Shown here one piece after another: positions 28,497 through 38,053 of a stretch of DNA of 64,000 nucleotides. Both the position numbers and the translations under genes were made by a program. How positions within the stretch are numbered: the first letter of the stretch is position 1; every line of letters starts with the position of its first letter. The notes under the pieces are model-generated. The model saw nothing but the letters and a program-made list of their open reading frames with translations. It searched no databases and was not told where the DNA came from. Origin of the DNA: Alphaproteobacteria bacterium (GTDB lineage Bacteria > Pseudomonadota > Alphaproteobacteria > MPNO01); contig CBDFLJ010000001.1 of NCBI GenBank assembly GCA_965248835.1, positions 1,984,001 through 2,048,000 of the forward strand, written 5' to 3'.

Positions 28497-29582
28497 GTGT
28501 TTGATCGGAAGACCTGGAGTTTCAGTTTATTTTTCTTTGTCGCAGCTATTTGCGCCGGAACGGTCGACGCCCAAATGGGCTGTCCTGCCTGGTATAACGA
28601 ATCGCATTATAAGATTACAACCGTCCAGGATCTTGATCGATGCTTGGCCCTCGGCCTCGATGCGAAGTCGAAGACCGGTTACGGAATGACTCTTCTGCAC
28701 TACGCCGACGGCCCCAAGGTCGTTTTCCGCCTTATCATGGCTGGCGCGGATGTGAATGCTAAGGATACAAAGGGCCGAACTCCATTGCATTTCGCTGCAT
28801 GGTCAGGCAGGAGGCCCCTTGTGATTGAGCGCCTGATCGAGGCTGGCGCCGATGTGGCAGCGAGGACCGTGGGTGGTTCGACTCCACTGCATATTGCTGC
28901 CGGATGGGCCAGGGTTCCCGAGGTGATGACCCGCCTTATCGAAGCTGGTGCTGACGTAGAGGCGAGAAACAAGTACGGAGACACTCCATTACATTTTGCC
29001 GCGGCACAGCGCAGAGGTAATCCTGACTTCATCACCCGCTTGATCGCGGCCGGTGGCGACGTGGAAGCAAGGAACAACCACGGATCAACCCCCTTGCATA
29101 GTGCCGCGGAAAGGAGAAAAAACTATCCCGAGATGATTTCTCGTCTGATCGTGGCCGGTGCGGATGTGAACGCGAAAGACAAGCATGGTGAAACTCCCCT
29201 GCACCGCGCAGCAAGACGGAGTTTCAATTTGGAAGTGGTGGCCCGCTTGATCGCGGCCGGCGCCGATGTGGAGGCGAGGAACAAACATGGTGAAACCCCC
29301 TTGCACCGAGCCGCCGAACGAAAGTGGAACCCCGAATTGATTGCTCCTCTGATCACGGCTGGCGCGAATGTGGAGGCAAGGAATAAACGTGGTGAAACCC
29401 CCTTGCACCGCGCCGCCCGACAGAGCCCGAACCCCGAAGTGATCGTCCGTCTGATTGATGCCGGTGCCGACGTGAAAGCCAAAACCAGGGATGGACAGAC
29501 CGCTTGGGTAATCGCGCAAGAAAATCCAGCGCTAATTGGTACAGTGGCAGAGAGGCTGTTAAGCAGAGTGCGATCTGAATAG
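28497..29582 (+). CDS. Secreted ankyrin-repeat protein (about 9 repeats)
   Basis: Repeated GxTPLHxAA..LIxAGADVxA units; signal peptide-like N-terminus (..AAICAGTVDA). Confidence 0.93.
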   Translation: MFDRKTWSFSLFFFVAAICAGTVDAQMGCPAWYNESHYKITTVQDLDRCLALGLDAKSKTGYGMTLLHYADGPKVVFRLIMAGADVNAKDTKGRTPLHFAAWSGRRPLVIERLIEAGADVAARTVGGSTPLHIAAGWARVPEVMTRLIEAGADVEARNKYGDTPLHFAAAQRRGNPDFITRLIAAGGDVEARNNHGSTPLHSAAERRKNYPEMISRLIVAGADVNAKDKHGETPLHRAARRSFNLEVVARLIAAGADVEARNKHGETPLHRAAERKWNPELIAPLITAGANVEARNKRGETPLHRAARQSPNPEVIVRLIDAGADVKAKTRDGQTAWVIAQENPALIGTVAERLLSRVRSE

Positions 29583-29707
29583 TGATCCTCCCTCGTTGAA
29601 GTGGTCCACCCTGATGTTGTGCATGAGCGTGGGATCTTCATAATTCAAGCCGAAAGCACCCCGGCGAGCGCTTTGGTACTTTCTCTCCCTTTGCTGTTTT
29701 GTGGGCT

Positions 29708-29734
29708 ACCGGGATGGACGGCTCTCATGAACAA
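29708..29734 (-). pseudogene. HigA N-terminal stub
   Basis: GGAGG RBS then LFMRAVHPG immediately after the second higB stop; truncated thereafter. Confidence 0.6.
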
Positions 29735-29749
29735 GCGGGCGTCCTCCAT

Positions 29750-29899
29750 TCATCCGTGGTAATCCACGATTTCAACTTTGTCCGGTCCGGCTTGTCCGTC
29801 CGGCCACGCGAAACACAGCCTCCATTGCCGATTGATGCGAATGGAGTCATGGCCCGTCCTGTCGCCCCGGAGCGCTTCGAGACGGTTTCCCGGCAAAGA
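29750..29899 (-). pseudogene. higB: Second 5'-truncated HigB toxin
   Basis: SLPGNRLEALRGDRTGHDSIRINRQWRLCFAWPDGQAGPDKVEIVDYHG*. Confidence 0.88.
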
Positions 29900-29919
29900 C
29901 CGCTTTCTCGAGCCTCTGC

Positions 29920-29998
29920 CTGCTGTCGGACGCCAGCGCGTTCACCACCGGCCAGACCATCGCCGTCGACGGCGGGACGGTGTACTCGTAGGCGCCGG
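29920..29998 (+). repeat. Direct repeat, copy 2 (displaced SDR 3' end)
   Basis: Encodes LLSDASAFTTGQTIAVDGGTVYS*; 2 mismatches against 27696-27774. Confidence 0.92.
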
Positions 29999-29999
29999 T

Positions 30000-30593
30000 C
30001 TATTTGACGAAGGCGGCGAGGCTCTTGCGGATCTGACGCTGGAGCGCCTGGTCGATCGCCTTCATCATGGCGTGTGTCATCGCGTACCAGACCTTCTCGC
30101 GGCCGGTCATCGTGATGTCCTCGGGCACCGTGCGGGAGCGTTTGGCAATCGCCGTCGCATGGCCCCGCCGACGGTTCAGCCCGTCGATGATCCGGAGCTC
30201 GAGCTCGATCGAGGCATCGTAGCGTTCGGACTGGTCGGTGGTCAGCGCGCCGCGCAGCCCGGTCGTCTTGCGGAGCGCGACCTCGACCACCGAGGCGTCG
30301 CGGATGACCAGTTCCGCGCGGCCGTCGGCGCCGACCGCCCGCAGCCTGTCGCGCGCCCATTGGGCGACGGCCGCGGCCGGTTGCACCGGAAAGGCGTGCT
30401 CGACATTGGGCGCGGCCAGCGGCGGGCGGTATTCCTCGACCACCGCGATGCGGCCGACATCGAGGCGGATGGGACTTGCGTCAACGAACCGGATCGGCGG
30501 GAAGTCGGGCGGCTCGGGCGGCGCCCGGCAGGAAGCGGCGGCCAGCGCGAGCAAGGCCAGCGTCGTGCAAAGGCGGAGTCGGTTCATGGTCAT
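30000..30593 (-). CDS. Hypothetical lipoprotein
   Basis: Signal peptide with lipobox AAS-C; lies at the end of the argD-argF-hslO run. Confidence 0.75.
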   Translation of the reverse strand: MTMNRLRLCTTLALLALAAASCRAPPEPPDFPPIRFVDASPIRLDVGRIAVVEEYRPPLAAPNVEHAFPVQPAAAVAQWARDRLRAVGADGRAELVIRDASVVEVALRKTTGLRGALTTDQSERYDASIELELRIIDGLNRRRGHATAIAKRSRTVPEDITMTGREKVWYAMTHAMMKAIDQALQRQIRKSLAAFVK

Positions 30594-30601
30594 TCGGCGG
30601 C

Positions 30602-31525
30602 TCAGTGCGCCCGGTAGACCCGGTCGAGCGCGTCGTCGTCGAAGTCGTAGCGCGCGCCGCAGAACTCGCAGGTGACGATCACCGCATCGTGGATGCGCAG
30701 CGCCTCGATCTCGCCGCGCGGGAAGGACTGCAGCATCGTGACCACCTTGTCCCGGGAACAGCGGCAGCCATGGGCCAGCGAATGGGGCTCGAACACCCGG
30801 ACCCCGTCCTCGTGGAACAGGCGATAGAGCAGGTCGTGCGGGTGCAGGCCGTCATCGACCAGCTCCTCGGACGTGCACGACCCCATCAGGATCACCGCGC
30901 GGCGCCATTCATCCTCGGCCGCCTCGTTGCGCGCCTCGCCGGAAACTTGCGTGCGCCCGGGATCGGGCAGGCGCTGCATCATCATTCCGCCGGCCCGCCA
31001 CGCACCGCCGCCGCCGTCAGGCGCGACAGCGAGCTTGAAGACCGCCTGGCTCTGATCGGACTGACGGAAGTGGCTGTGGGCGCATTCGGCCAGCGATCCG
31101 CCGCACAGCTCGACGATGCCCTGGTAGCGCTCGGTATCGGGGCCCTGATCGACGGTGAACGCCAGATGGCCCGCGCCGATCAGCCGCGGCACCGGAGCAA
31201 GGCGCCAATCGCGCCGGCCGGTGCTCTCGGACAGAGCGTCGGGGTCGTATTGGGCATAGCCGCGAATCGCGCCGTCGGACGTTGCATCGGCGACCAGCAT
31301 GCCGACCGCTCCCTCGCCCTTGATCTGGACCGTGAGGATGCCCTCGACCTTGAGCGCCGAGGCCACGAGCGCGGCCAGCACCGCAAGCTCGCCGAGCAGC
31401 GTCGCGACCGGCACCGGGTAGTCCTGCCGCGACAGGATGTGATCGACCGTCGTGCCCAGCCGCACCAGCTTGCCGCGCACCGCCTGGGTCTCGATCTGAA
31501 ACGGCAGGACGATATCGCTGGCCAT
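30602..31525 (-). CDS. hslO: Hsp33 redox-regulated chaperone
   Basis: VRGKLVRL, YQGIV, C-terminal CRCS..CEFC; start MASDIVLPF. Confidence 0.95.
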   Translation of the reverse strand: MASDIVLPFQIETQAVRGKLVRLGTTVDHILSRQDYPVPVATLLGELAVLAALVASALKVEGILTVQIKGEGAVGMLVADATSDGAIRGYAQYDPDALSESTGRRDWRLAPVPRLIGAGHLAFTVDQGPDTERYQGIVELCGGSLAECAHSHFRQSDQSQAVFKLAVAPDGGGGAWRAGGMMMQRLPDPGRTQVSGEARNEAAEDEWRRAVILMGSCTSEELVDDGLHPHDLLYRLFHEDGVRVFEPHSLAHGCRCSRDKVVTMLQSFPRGEIEALRIHDAVIVTCEFCGARYDFDDDALDRVYRAH

Positions 31526-31536
31526 CGCGCCGCCGG

Positions 31537-32448
31537 TTATTCCAGGCACCACAGCAGGATCGCCTTCTGGGCGTGCAGCCGGTTCTCCGCCTCGTCCCAT
31601 ACCGCCGACTGCGGTCCGTCGATGACCGAGCCGGTGACTTCTTCCTCGCGGTGGGCCGGCAGGCAGTGCAGGAAGATCGCCTCGGGCTTGGCCATCGCCA
31701 TCAGCCGGTCGTCGATACGGTAGGGGGCCAGGATATTGTGGCTGCGCTCCTCGGGCTCGGAGCCCATCGACACCCAGGTGTCGGTGACCACGCAATCGGC
31801 GCCGCGCACCGCCTCGCACGGGTCTTCGGTCAGCACGATCCGGGCGCCCCGGTCGCGCGCCCAGCGGACGGTCTGGGGCGGCGGCGAAAGCTGCTTCGGG
31901 CAGGCCAGCCGCAGTTCGAAGGCGAACTGGGCCGCGGCCTCGATCCAGGTGCAGGCCATGTTGTTGCCGTCGCCGCTCCAGGCGACCGCACGCCCTTCGA
32001 TCGGGCCAAGCCGCTCCTCGAACGTCAGCACGTCGGCCATGAGCTGGCAGGGATGGGACCGGCCGGTCAGGCCGTTGATCACCGGGACCGTGGCGTGACG
32101 GGCGAACTTGTCGAGCTTCTCCGCGCTGATCGTGCGGATCATGATCGCATCGACATAGCGCGACAGCACCTGGGCGGTATCTTCGATGGTCTCGCCACGG
32201 CCGATCTGCATCTCGGCCGCGTTCAGCACCACCACGTCGCCGCCGAGGCTTTTCATCGCCACCTCGAAGGACACCCGGGTACGGGTCGAGGGCTTCTCGA
32301 AGATCATCGCCAACGTCTGGCCGACCAGCGGCGGCGGGTCGCCCACCACGCCCGGATCGGCCTTCAGCGCCATCGAGCGGTCGACCAGCCGACGCAAATC
32401 GGCCGGCGCATGACCGCCGAGATCGAGGAAATGGCGCGGCCCGCTCAC
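31537..32448 (-). CDS. argF: Ornithine carbamoyltransferase
   Basis: [22 protein letters not shown]; GTGA overlap with argD. Confidence 0.96.
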   Translation of the reverse strand: MSGPRHFLDLGGHAPADLRRLVDRSMALKADPGVVGDPPPLVGQTLAMIFEKPSTRTRVSFEVAMKSLGGDVVVLNAAEMQIGRGETIEDTAQVLSRYVDAIMIRTISAEKLDKFARHATVPVINGLTGRSHPCQLMADVLTFEERLGPIEGRAVAWSGDGNNMACTWIEAAAQFAFELRLACPKQLSPPPQTVRWARDRGARIVLTEDPCEAVRGADCVVTDTWVSMGSEPEERSHNILAPYRIDDRLMAMAKPEAIFLHCLPAHREEEVTGSVIDGPQSAVWDEAENRLHAQKAILLWCLE

Positions 32449-33617
32449 CCGGCAAGTTCCGCGCAGCAAGCATCGATGATGTCGATCGCCTCGCGCAGGT
32501 GCTCATCGGCGGCGATCAGCGGCGGCAGCAGCCGCACCACGTTCTCCGCGGCCGGCACGCTCAACAACCCGCGCCGGAACATCGCGCCGGCCAGCTCGGC
32601 ATTGGGGATCGCGCACTTCATACCCCACATGAAGCCCACACCACGGACCTGTTCGACAACACCGGGATAGGTCGCGGCGAGGCCGGCCATCATCTCGCCC
32701 AGACGGGCGCCGCGCGCCGCCACGCCGTCGAGGAAGCCGTCTTCGAGCACGATGTCGAGCACCGCGTTGGCCGCAGCGCAGGCCAGCGGGTTGCCGCCGA
32801 AGGTGCTGCCATGGGTGCCGGGGACCATGCCGGCGGCCGCCCGTTCGGTGGCCAGGCACGCGCCGATCGGGAAACCGCCGCCGAGACCCTTGGCCAGCGC
32901 CATCACGTCGGGCGCCACGCCGGCGGCCTGGTGGGCGAACAGATGCCCTGTCCGGCCCATCCCGCACTGGACTTCGTCACAGATCAGCAGCAGGTCGTGC
33001 GTGTCGCAGACCGCGCGCAGGCCGTGCAGGAAGGCCGGATCGCACAGGCGGATGCCGCCCTCGCCCTGGATCGGCTCGACCAGGATGCCGGCGGTCTGCG
33101 GCGTGACCGCCGCGTGCACCGCCTCGAGGTCGCCGTAGGCGACGCGGTCGAAGCCTTCGAGCAGCGGCCCGAAGCCCTTCTGGTGGGCCTCGCTCGCGCC
33201 GGCTGCGATCAGCGCCAGGGTCCTGCCGTGGAAGCTGCCGTCGAAGACGATGAACCGGGTGCGTTCGGGGTTGCCGGCTTCGAACTGGCACTTGCGGGCG
33301 GTCTTGAGGCTCGCCTCGACGGCTTCGGCGCCGGAATTGCAGAAAAAGACCGTGTCGGCGAAGCACGAAGCGGTCAGCCGGTCGGCTAGCCGGGTCTGCT
33401 CGGGGATCTGGTAGAGGTTGGAGGTGTGCCACAGCCTGCCCGCCTGATCGGTCAGCGCCGCGACAAGACGCGGATGGCAGTGGCCGGCCGCACACACGGC
33501 AATGCCGGCCCCGAAATCGAGGAACCGCCGCCCGTCGGTGGCAAAGAGGTAGCACCCCTCGCCGCGTTCGAAGGCGATTTCGGCGCGCCCGTAGTTCGGC
33601 ATCACGGCCGGTATCAT
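32445..33617 (-). CDS. argD: Acetylornithine aminotransferase
   Basis: [42 protein letters not shown]. Confidence 0.95.
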   Translation of the reverse strand: MIPAVMPNYGRAEIAFERGEGCYLFATDGRRFLDFGAGIAVCAAGHCHPRLVAALTDQAGRLWHTSNLYQIPEQTRLADRLTASCFADTVFFCNSGAEAVEASLKTARKCQFEAGNPERTRFIVFDGSFHGRTLALIAAGASEAHQKGFGPLLEGFDRVAYGDLEAVHAAVTPQTAGILVEPIQGEGGIRLCDPAFLHGLRAVCDTHDLLLICDEVQCGMGRTGHLFAHQAAGVAPDVMALAKGLGGGFPIGACLATERAAAGMVPGTHGSTFGGNPLACAAANAVLDIVLEDGFLDGVAARGARLGEMMAGLAATYPGVVEQVRGVGFMWGMKCAIPNAELAGAMFRRGLLSVPAAENVVRLLPPLIAADEHLREAIDIIDACCAELAG

Positions 33618-33689
33618 GACTGGTCCTCGATCAAAAACGGGCCTCACGGCCCGCGACGGCTGAATATATGTTGCCCGGACCGAGAACTG

Positions 33690-34838
33690 TCAACGCCGCG
33701 CGCCGGGAGCTTCGGGCGGCACGAAGGGCTCCGCGCCCTCGGCCGCGATATAGACCGACCGGCTGGGGAAGGCGAACGCGCCGCCCGCGCCTTCGACGAT
33801 CTCCTTGATCCGGTAAGCCAGGCGCTCCTTCTCGGCCAGCCACTCGCCCCATACCGTGGTTCTGGTGAAGCAATAGACCATGATGTCGATCGAGGAGTCC
33901 GAGAAGCGGTCGATGCGCACGAACAGCGGCACCTCCGGCGGCTGGGCGAAGGCGCGGTCGCCGGTGATGAAGTCCTCGATCTCCTCGCGGATCCGGCCGA
34001 GCTGCTCGATCGTCGTGCCGTATTCCAGCCCGATCATCCAGGAGATCCGCCAATGGGTCATCCTGGTATGGTTGATCAGCGGGCTGTCGGACAGCTTGGC
34101 GTTGGGGACGTAGACCGGGGCCTTGTCGAACAGCCGGACCCGAGTCGAGCGGAAGCCGATCGCCTCCACCGTGCCGTCGACGACGCCCTCGACCGTGATC
34201 CAGTCGCCGCGGGCAAAGCGCTGCTCGCCGAGGATCAGGATGCCGGCGATGAGGTTGCGGAAGAGGTCCTGGGCGCCGAGGGCCACCGCGACGCCGATGA
34301 TCCCGAGCCCGGCCAGGATCGGCGCGACCTCGATCCCCCAGATCTCCAGGACGCTGACCGCGCCGAGGAAGACGAAGGCGACCTTGAGGCCGCGGATCAG
34401 CCAGTCGACCAGCTCGTCGGTCAACAGCGCCGCGATCCGTGGGGTCAGCACCCGCACCGCCTCGACCAGGCGGTAGAACGTCCAGAACAGCACGAAGGCC
34501 ACCAGCGAGCGCACGACATCGGTCGCCACCGCCGCGGCACCGCCCTCGAAGGGCAGGATCTCCTTGACGAAATAGGCGCCCACGACGATCGGCACGAACC
34601 GCAGGGGCGGCTCGAGCGCGGTGATCGCCGCGTCGTCGAGCGTGTTCTCGGTCCGCGCCGCCCAGCGCTGCAGCCGGGCGACCACGATGCGGGTGAACAG
34701 TCCGCGGATCAGGACGAAGACGACGAAGACGCCGAGAGCGCTGAGCACGTCGCTCAGGTCGACGCCGAGCGCGCCGACCTGCCAGACCTCGGCGACCAGC
34801 GCGGCGAAGCCTTCCAGGCGGTCAACGGTCGTTTCCAT
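33690..34838 (-). CDS. MscS family mechanosensitive channel
   Basis: GIIGVAVALGAQD, GTVEAIGFRSTRVR, FAFPS. Confidence 0.93.
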   Translation of the reverse strand: METTVDRLEGFAALVAEVWQVGALGVDLSDVLSALGVFVVFVLIRGLFTRIVVARLQRWAARTENTLDDAAITALEPPLRFVPIVVGAYFVKEILPFEGGAAAVATDVVRSLVAFVLFWTFYRLVEAVRVLTPRIAALLTDELVDWLIRGLKVAFVFLGAVSVLEIWGIEVAPILAGLGIIGVAVALGAQDLFRNLIAGILILGEQRFARGDWITVEGVVDGTVEAIGFRSTRVRLFDKAPVYVPNAKLSDSPLINHTRMTHWRISWMIGLEYGTTIEQLGRIREEIEDFITGDRAFAQPPEVPLFVRIDRFSDSSIDIMVYCFTRTTVWGEWLAEKERLAYRIKEIVEGAGGAFAFPSRSVYIAAEGAEPFVPPEAPGARR

Positions 34839-35029
34839 CCTCTCTTCCCTTGCTTGCGGGAACACGTCGTTGTTGGCCGCGGGGCCATCCCCTATCATTC
34901 GCCTGCCGCAGAAGACAGAACAGATTTGCAGGCGATGCCGTGATCGGGCGTCCCGCGCCCGGTTGCGGGCGGCCGGCGGATTGATTATTGCATCGGCTGC
35001 GCGGCAAGCCGGATTGCGGGGAATAGAGG

Positions 35030-37348
35030 ATGGCCAAGTTCGGTATCGGTCAGGGCGTTCCACGGTGGGAGGACCCGCGGCTCCTGCGCGGCGGCGGCCG
35101 TTACAGCGACGACGTCAACATCGCCGGTCAGGCCTACGGCGCGGTCCTGCGCTCGCCCCATGCCCATGCGCGGATCATCGGCATCGATACCGCTGCGGCT
35201 TCCGCCGCGCCGGGCGTGCTCGCGGTCTATACCCACGCCGATGTCGCCGACCTCGGCGGCATCCCGTGCGTGGTGGCGCGCAGCAAGGCCGACGGAACGC
35301 CGATGTTCACCCCACCCAACCTGGCGCTGCGCAAGAACCGGGTCCGCATGGTGGGCGATCCCGTCGCCTTCGTCGTCGCCGAGACCGCCGCCCGGGCGCG
35401 CGATGCGGCCGAGTTGATCACCGTCGACTACGCGCCGTTGGGATCGGTCACCCGAACCGCCGACGCGCAGGCCGCGGGCACACAGGCGGTCTGGGACGAA
35501 TGCCCGGACAATGTCTGCTTCGTCTTCGATGAGGGCGACAAGGCGGCCGCCGAGGCTGCGTTCGCCGCCGCCCACCACGTCACCAGACTCGATTTCATCG
35601 TCACCCGCGTCGCCGTCGCCCCGATGGAGCCGCGCGCATGCATCGGCGAATACGACATTTTCACCGGCCGCTACACGCTGCATACCGGAGTGCAGGGGCC
35701 GCATTGGATGCGCCAGGCGACCGCGGGGCCGATCCTCAAGGTCTCGGAAGGCGACCTCAGGGTGATCAGCCGCGACATGGGCGGCGCGTTCGGGATGCGC
35801 TCCGGCCCCTATTGCGAGTACGTCCTGTGCCTGTTCGCGGCCAAGGCGCTCGGCCGGCCGGTCAAATGGACCGGCGAGCGCTCCGAAGGGTTCATGAGCG
35901 ACGACCAGGCGCGCGACAACGTCTCCCGGGCGGAGCTCGCGCTCGACGCGGACGGCCGGTTCCTCGCCCTGCGGGTCAGCACGACGGCCAATCTCGGCGC
36001 CTATCTCTCGCTCCTGGGGCCGCATTCCTCGACCAACAATCTCGGCACGCTGGCCGGGCCGTACGAGACGCCGGCGATCTACACCCACATCACCGGCGTG
36101 TTCACCAACACGCAATCCACCGGGCCCTACCGCGGCGCGGGGCGGCCCGAGGCGGCCTATGCGATCGAGCGGGTGATCGACACCGCGGCCGACGAGATGG
36201 GGATCGACGCCGCGGAGCTGCGCCGGCGCAACTACATCCCGGACGGTTCCTTCCCGTACAAGACCGGGCTGGTGTTCACTTACGATTCCGGCGCGTTCGA
36301 AGACAACATGGATGCCGCCTTGAAGATGGTCGACTACGCCGGCTTCGCCGGCCGCCGCGCGGCCGCCGAGGCGCGGGGCCGGCTCGCCGGGATCGGCATC
36401 GCCAACGTCATCGAGCAGTCCGCCGGCGGCTTTCCGGAATGGGCGCAGATCCGCTTCGACAGCTCGGGCTCGCTCACGCTGACCATGGGCACCCACAACC
36501 ACGGCCAGGGGCACGAGACCATCTTCCGCCAGATTCTGTCGGACAAGCTCGGGCTGGAATTCGAGCAGATCCGCATCTCCCAGGGCGACAGCGACGAGGT
36601 GATGGCGGGTAACGGGACCTTCGGCTCGCGTTCGTCGGGCGTCGGCGGGGCCGCGATCATGATGGCCGCCGACAAGGTGATCGACAAATGCCGCAAGGTC
36701 GCCGCCCACAAGCTCGAAGCGGCGGAGGAAGACGTCGAGTTCGTCGACGGCAATTTCACCGTCGCCGGCACCGACCGCAGCCTCGGGATGGTCGAGGCGG
36801 CCAAGCTCGCCAACGCCTTCATGGAGGTGCCGCCCGGGATGGAGCCCGGGCTCAACGAATGGGCCGCCTGGACCCCGCCGGCACCCACCTTCCCCAACGG
36901 CTGCCATGTCTGCGAGGTCGAGATCGACCCCGACACCGGGGACTGCGAGATCCTGCGCTATGCCGCGGTCGATGACGTGGGCACGGTGATCAACCCTCTG
37001 CTGATGGAAGGCCAGCTCCACGGCGGGATCGTCCAGGGTCTCGGCCAGATCATGATGGAGAACGTCGTCTGGGAGCCCGGATCGGGCCAGCTCCTGGCAG
37101 GCTCGTTCATGGACTACACCATGCCCAGGGCCGATAACCTGCCGAGCTTCGAGATGGGCATCAACGAGGTGCCGACGCCGACCAACCCGATGGGTATCAA
37201 GGGCGCCGGCGAGGCCGGCTGCGTCGGCGCGATGCCGGCGCTGATGAATGCGATCATGGATGCGCTGAGCCCGCTCGGCGTGCGCAGCTTCGACATGCCG
37301 GCCACGCCCGAACGGCTGTGGCGGGCGATCAACCGGGCGGCAGCCTGA
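35030..37348 (+). CDS. Xanthine dehydrogenase-family Mo-binding subunit (form II CoxL-like)
   Basis: REDPR-type N-terminus, loop GPYRGAGR, GQGHET, KGAGE. Confidence 0.93.
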   Translation: MAKFGIGQGVPRWEDPRLLRGGGRYSDDVNIAGQAYGAVLRSPHAHARIIGIDTAAASAAPGVLAVYTHADVADLGGIPCVVARSKADGTPMFTPPNLALRKNRVRMVGDPVAFVVAETAARARDAAELITVDYAPLGSVTRTADAQAAGTQAVWDECPDNVCFVFDEGDKAAAEAAFAAAHHVTRLDFIVTRVAVAPMEPRACIGEYDIFTGRYTLHTGVQGPHWMRQATAGPILKVSEGDLRVISRDMGGAFGMRSGPYCEYVLCLFAAKALGRPVKWTGERSEGFMSDDQARDNVSRAELALDADGRFLALRVSTTANLGAYLSLLGPHSSTNNLGTLAGPYETPAIYTHITGVFTNTQSTGPYRGAGRPEAAYAIERVIDTAADEMGIDAAELRRRNYIPDGSFPYKTGLVFTYDSGAFEDNMDAALKMVDYAGFAGRRAAAEARGRLAGIGIANVIEQSAGGFPEWAQIRFDSSGSLTLTMGTHNHGQGHETIFRQILSDKLGLEFEQIRISQGDSDEVMAGNGTFGSRSSGVGGAAIMMAADKVIDKCRKVAAHKLEAAEEDVEFVDGNFTVAGTDRSLGMVEAAKLANAFMEVPPGMEPGLNEWAAWTPPAPTFPNGCHVCEVEIDPDTGDCEILRYAAVDDVGTVINPLLMEGQLHGGIVQGLGQIMMENVVWEPGSGQLLAGSFMDYTMPRADNLPSFEMGINEVPTPTNPMGIKGAGEAGCVGAMPALMNAIMDALSPLGVRSFDMPATPERLWRAINRAAA

Positions 37349-37366
37349 CCGGCACGGAGGACGAGG

Positions 37367-37996
37367 ATGGAGTTCCAGAACCAGTTCAATGTCGACGTCC
37401 CGCCGGAGGAGGCGTGGACGATCCTGACCGACATCGAACGCATCGCACCGTGCATGCCAGGCGCCGCGGTCACCGAGGTGATCGACGAGAACACCTTCAA
37501 GGGCACGGTCTCGGTCCGGCTCGGCCCGGTCGCGCTGACCTTCGCCGGCGAGGCCAGCTTCGAGGACCGCGACGACGCCGGCCACTCCGCCCGGGTGAAG
37601 GCCCAGGGGCGCGATGCCAAGGGACGCGGCGGCGCCAACGCCGACGTCCGGTTCCGCCTAGTGCCGGCCGAAGGTTCAGCGACCACGGTGGAGATCCAGA
37701 CCGACCTGCAGCTCTCGGGCTCGGTTGCCCAGTACGGCCGCGGCGTCGGCATGATCAAGGATGTCGCCACCCAGCTCATCAACCAGTTCGCCGCCGCCCT
37801 TCACCAGCAGATCACCGCCGACCAGCAGGCGGCCGCCGAAGCCGAGGGCGCGGAGGAAGCTGCCGCGCCCGCCGCCGAGCCCCCTGCCCCGCCGGCCGCC
37901 AAGCCGATCTCGGGTGTCGGGCTCGGCCTGACGGTGACGTGGAACGCCTTCGTCCGCGGCCTCAAGCGGCTGTTGGGAATCCGCTCCGAGGGCTGA
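37367..37996 (+). CDS. coxG: CoxG/SRPBCC family protein
   Basis: AWTILTDIERIAPCMPGA, VAQYGRG. Confidence 0.85.
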   Translation: MEFQNQFNVDVPPEEAWTILTDIERIAPCMPGAAVTEVIDENTFKGTVSVRLGPVALTFAGEASFEDRDDAGHSARVKAQGRDAKGRGGANADVRFRLVPAEGSATTVEIQTDLQLSGSVAQYGRGVGMIKDVATQLINQFAAALHQQITADQQAAAEAEGAEEAAAPAAEPPAPPAAKPISGVGLGLTVTWNAFVRGLKRLLGIRSEG

Positions 37997-38053
37997 AAAT
38001 ATCGGCGCCGGAGCGTGCGGCCATACGCCGCCGCGATGGCGTGACGGAGACCC

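Larger units (their letters stand above)
27775..29919. mobile_element. Small genomic islet (higB'-higA-ankyrin-higA'-higB') with no integrase
   Basis: Bounded by the 79-bp direct repeat; AT-rich interior; toxin-antitoxin remnants. Confidence 0.75.

Noticed and set aside
28730-29480. ~100-bp periodic nucleotide repeats as a CRISPR array or DGR
   Set aside because: They are coding ankyrin repeats; no spacers, cas genes or reverse transcriptase.
27775-29919. Integron cassette array
   Set aside because: No intI and no recognisable attC stem structures.
30602-32506. 634-aa Hsp33 extension, and similar extensions at 5358-7205, 12693-13670, 38054-40474 and 59637-60908
   Set aside because: Stop-poor alternative frames over neighbouring genes; family similarity begins at internal starts.
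33655-33680. ARG-box-like TGAATATATGTTG upstream of argD
   Set aside because: Only a half-site match; more simply explained as promoter sequence.
34985-37585. Long antisense ORFs over real genes (also 15411-17606, 20089-22095 and others)
   Set aside because: Codon-bias shadows with R/G/A-rich composition and no family motifs.
35030-37996. True aerobic CO dehydrogenase
   Set aside because: The loop is PYRGAGR, not AYxCSFR, and coxM/coxS are absent; coxG alone is not diagnostic.
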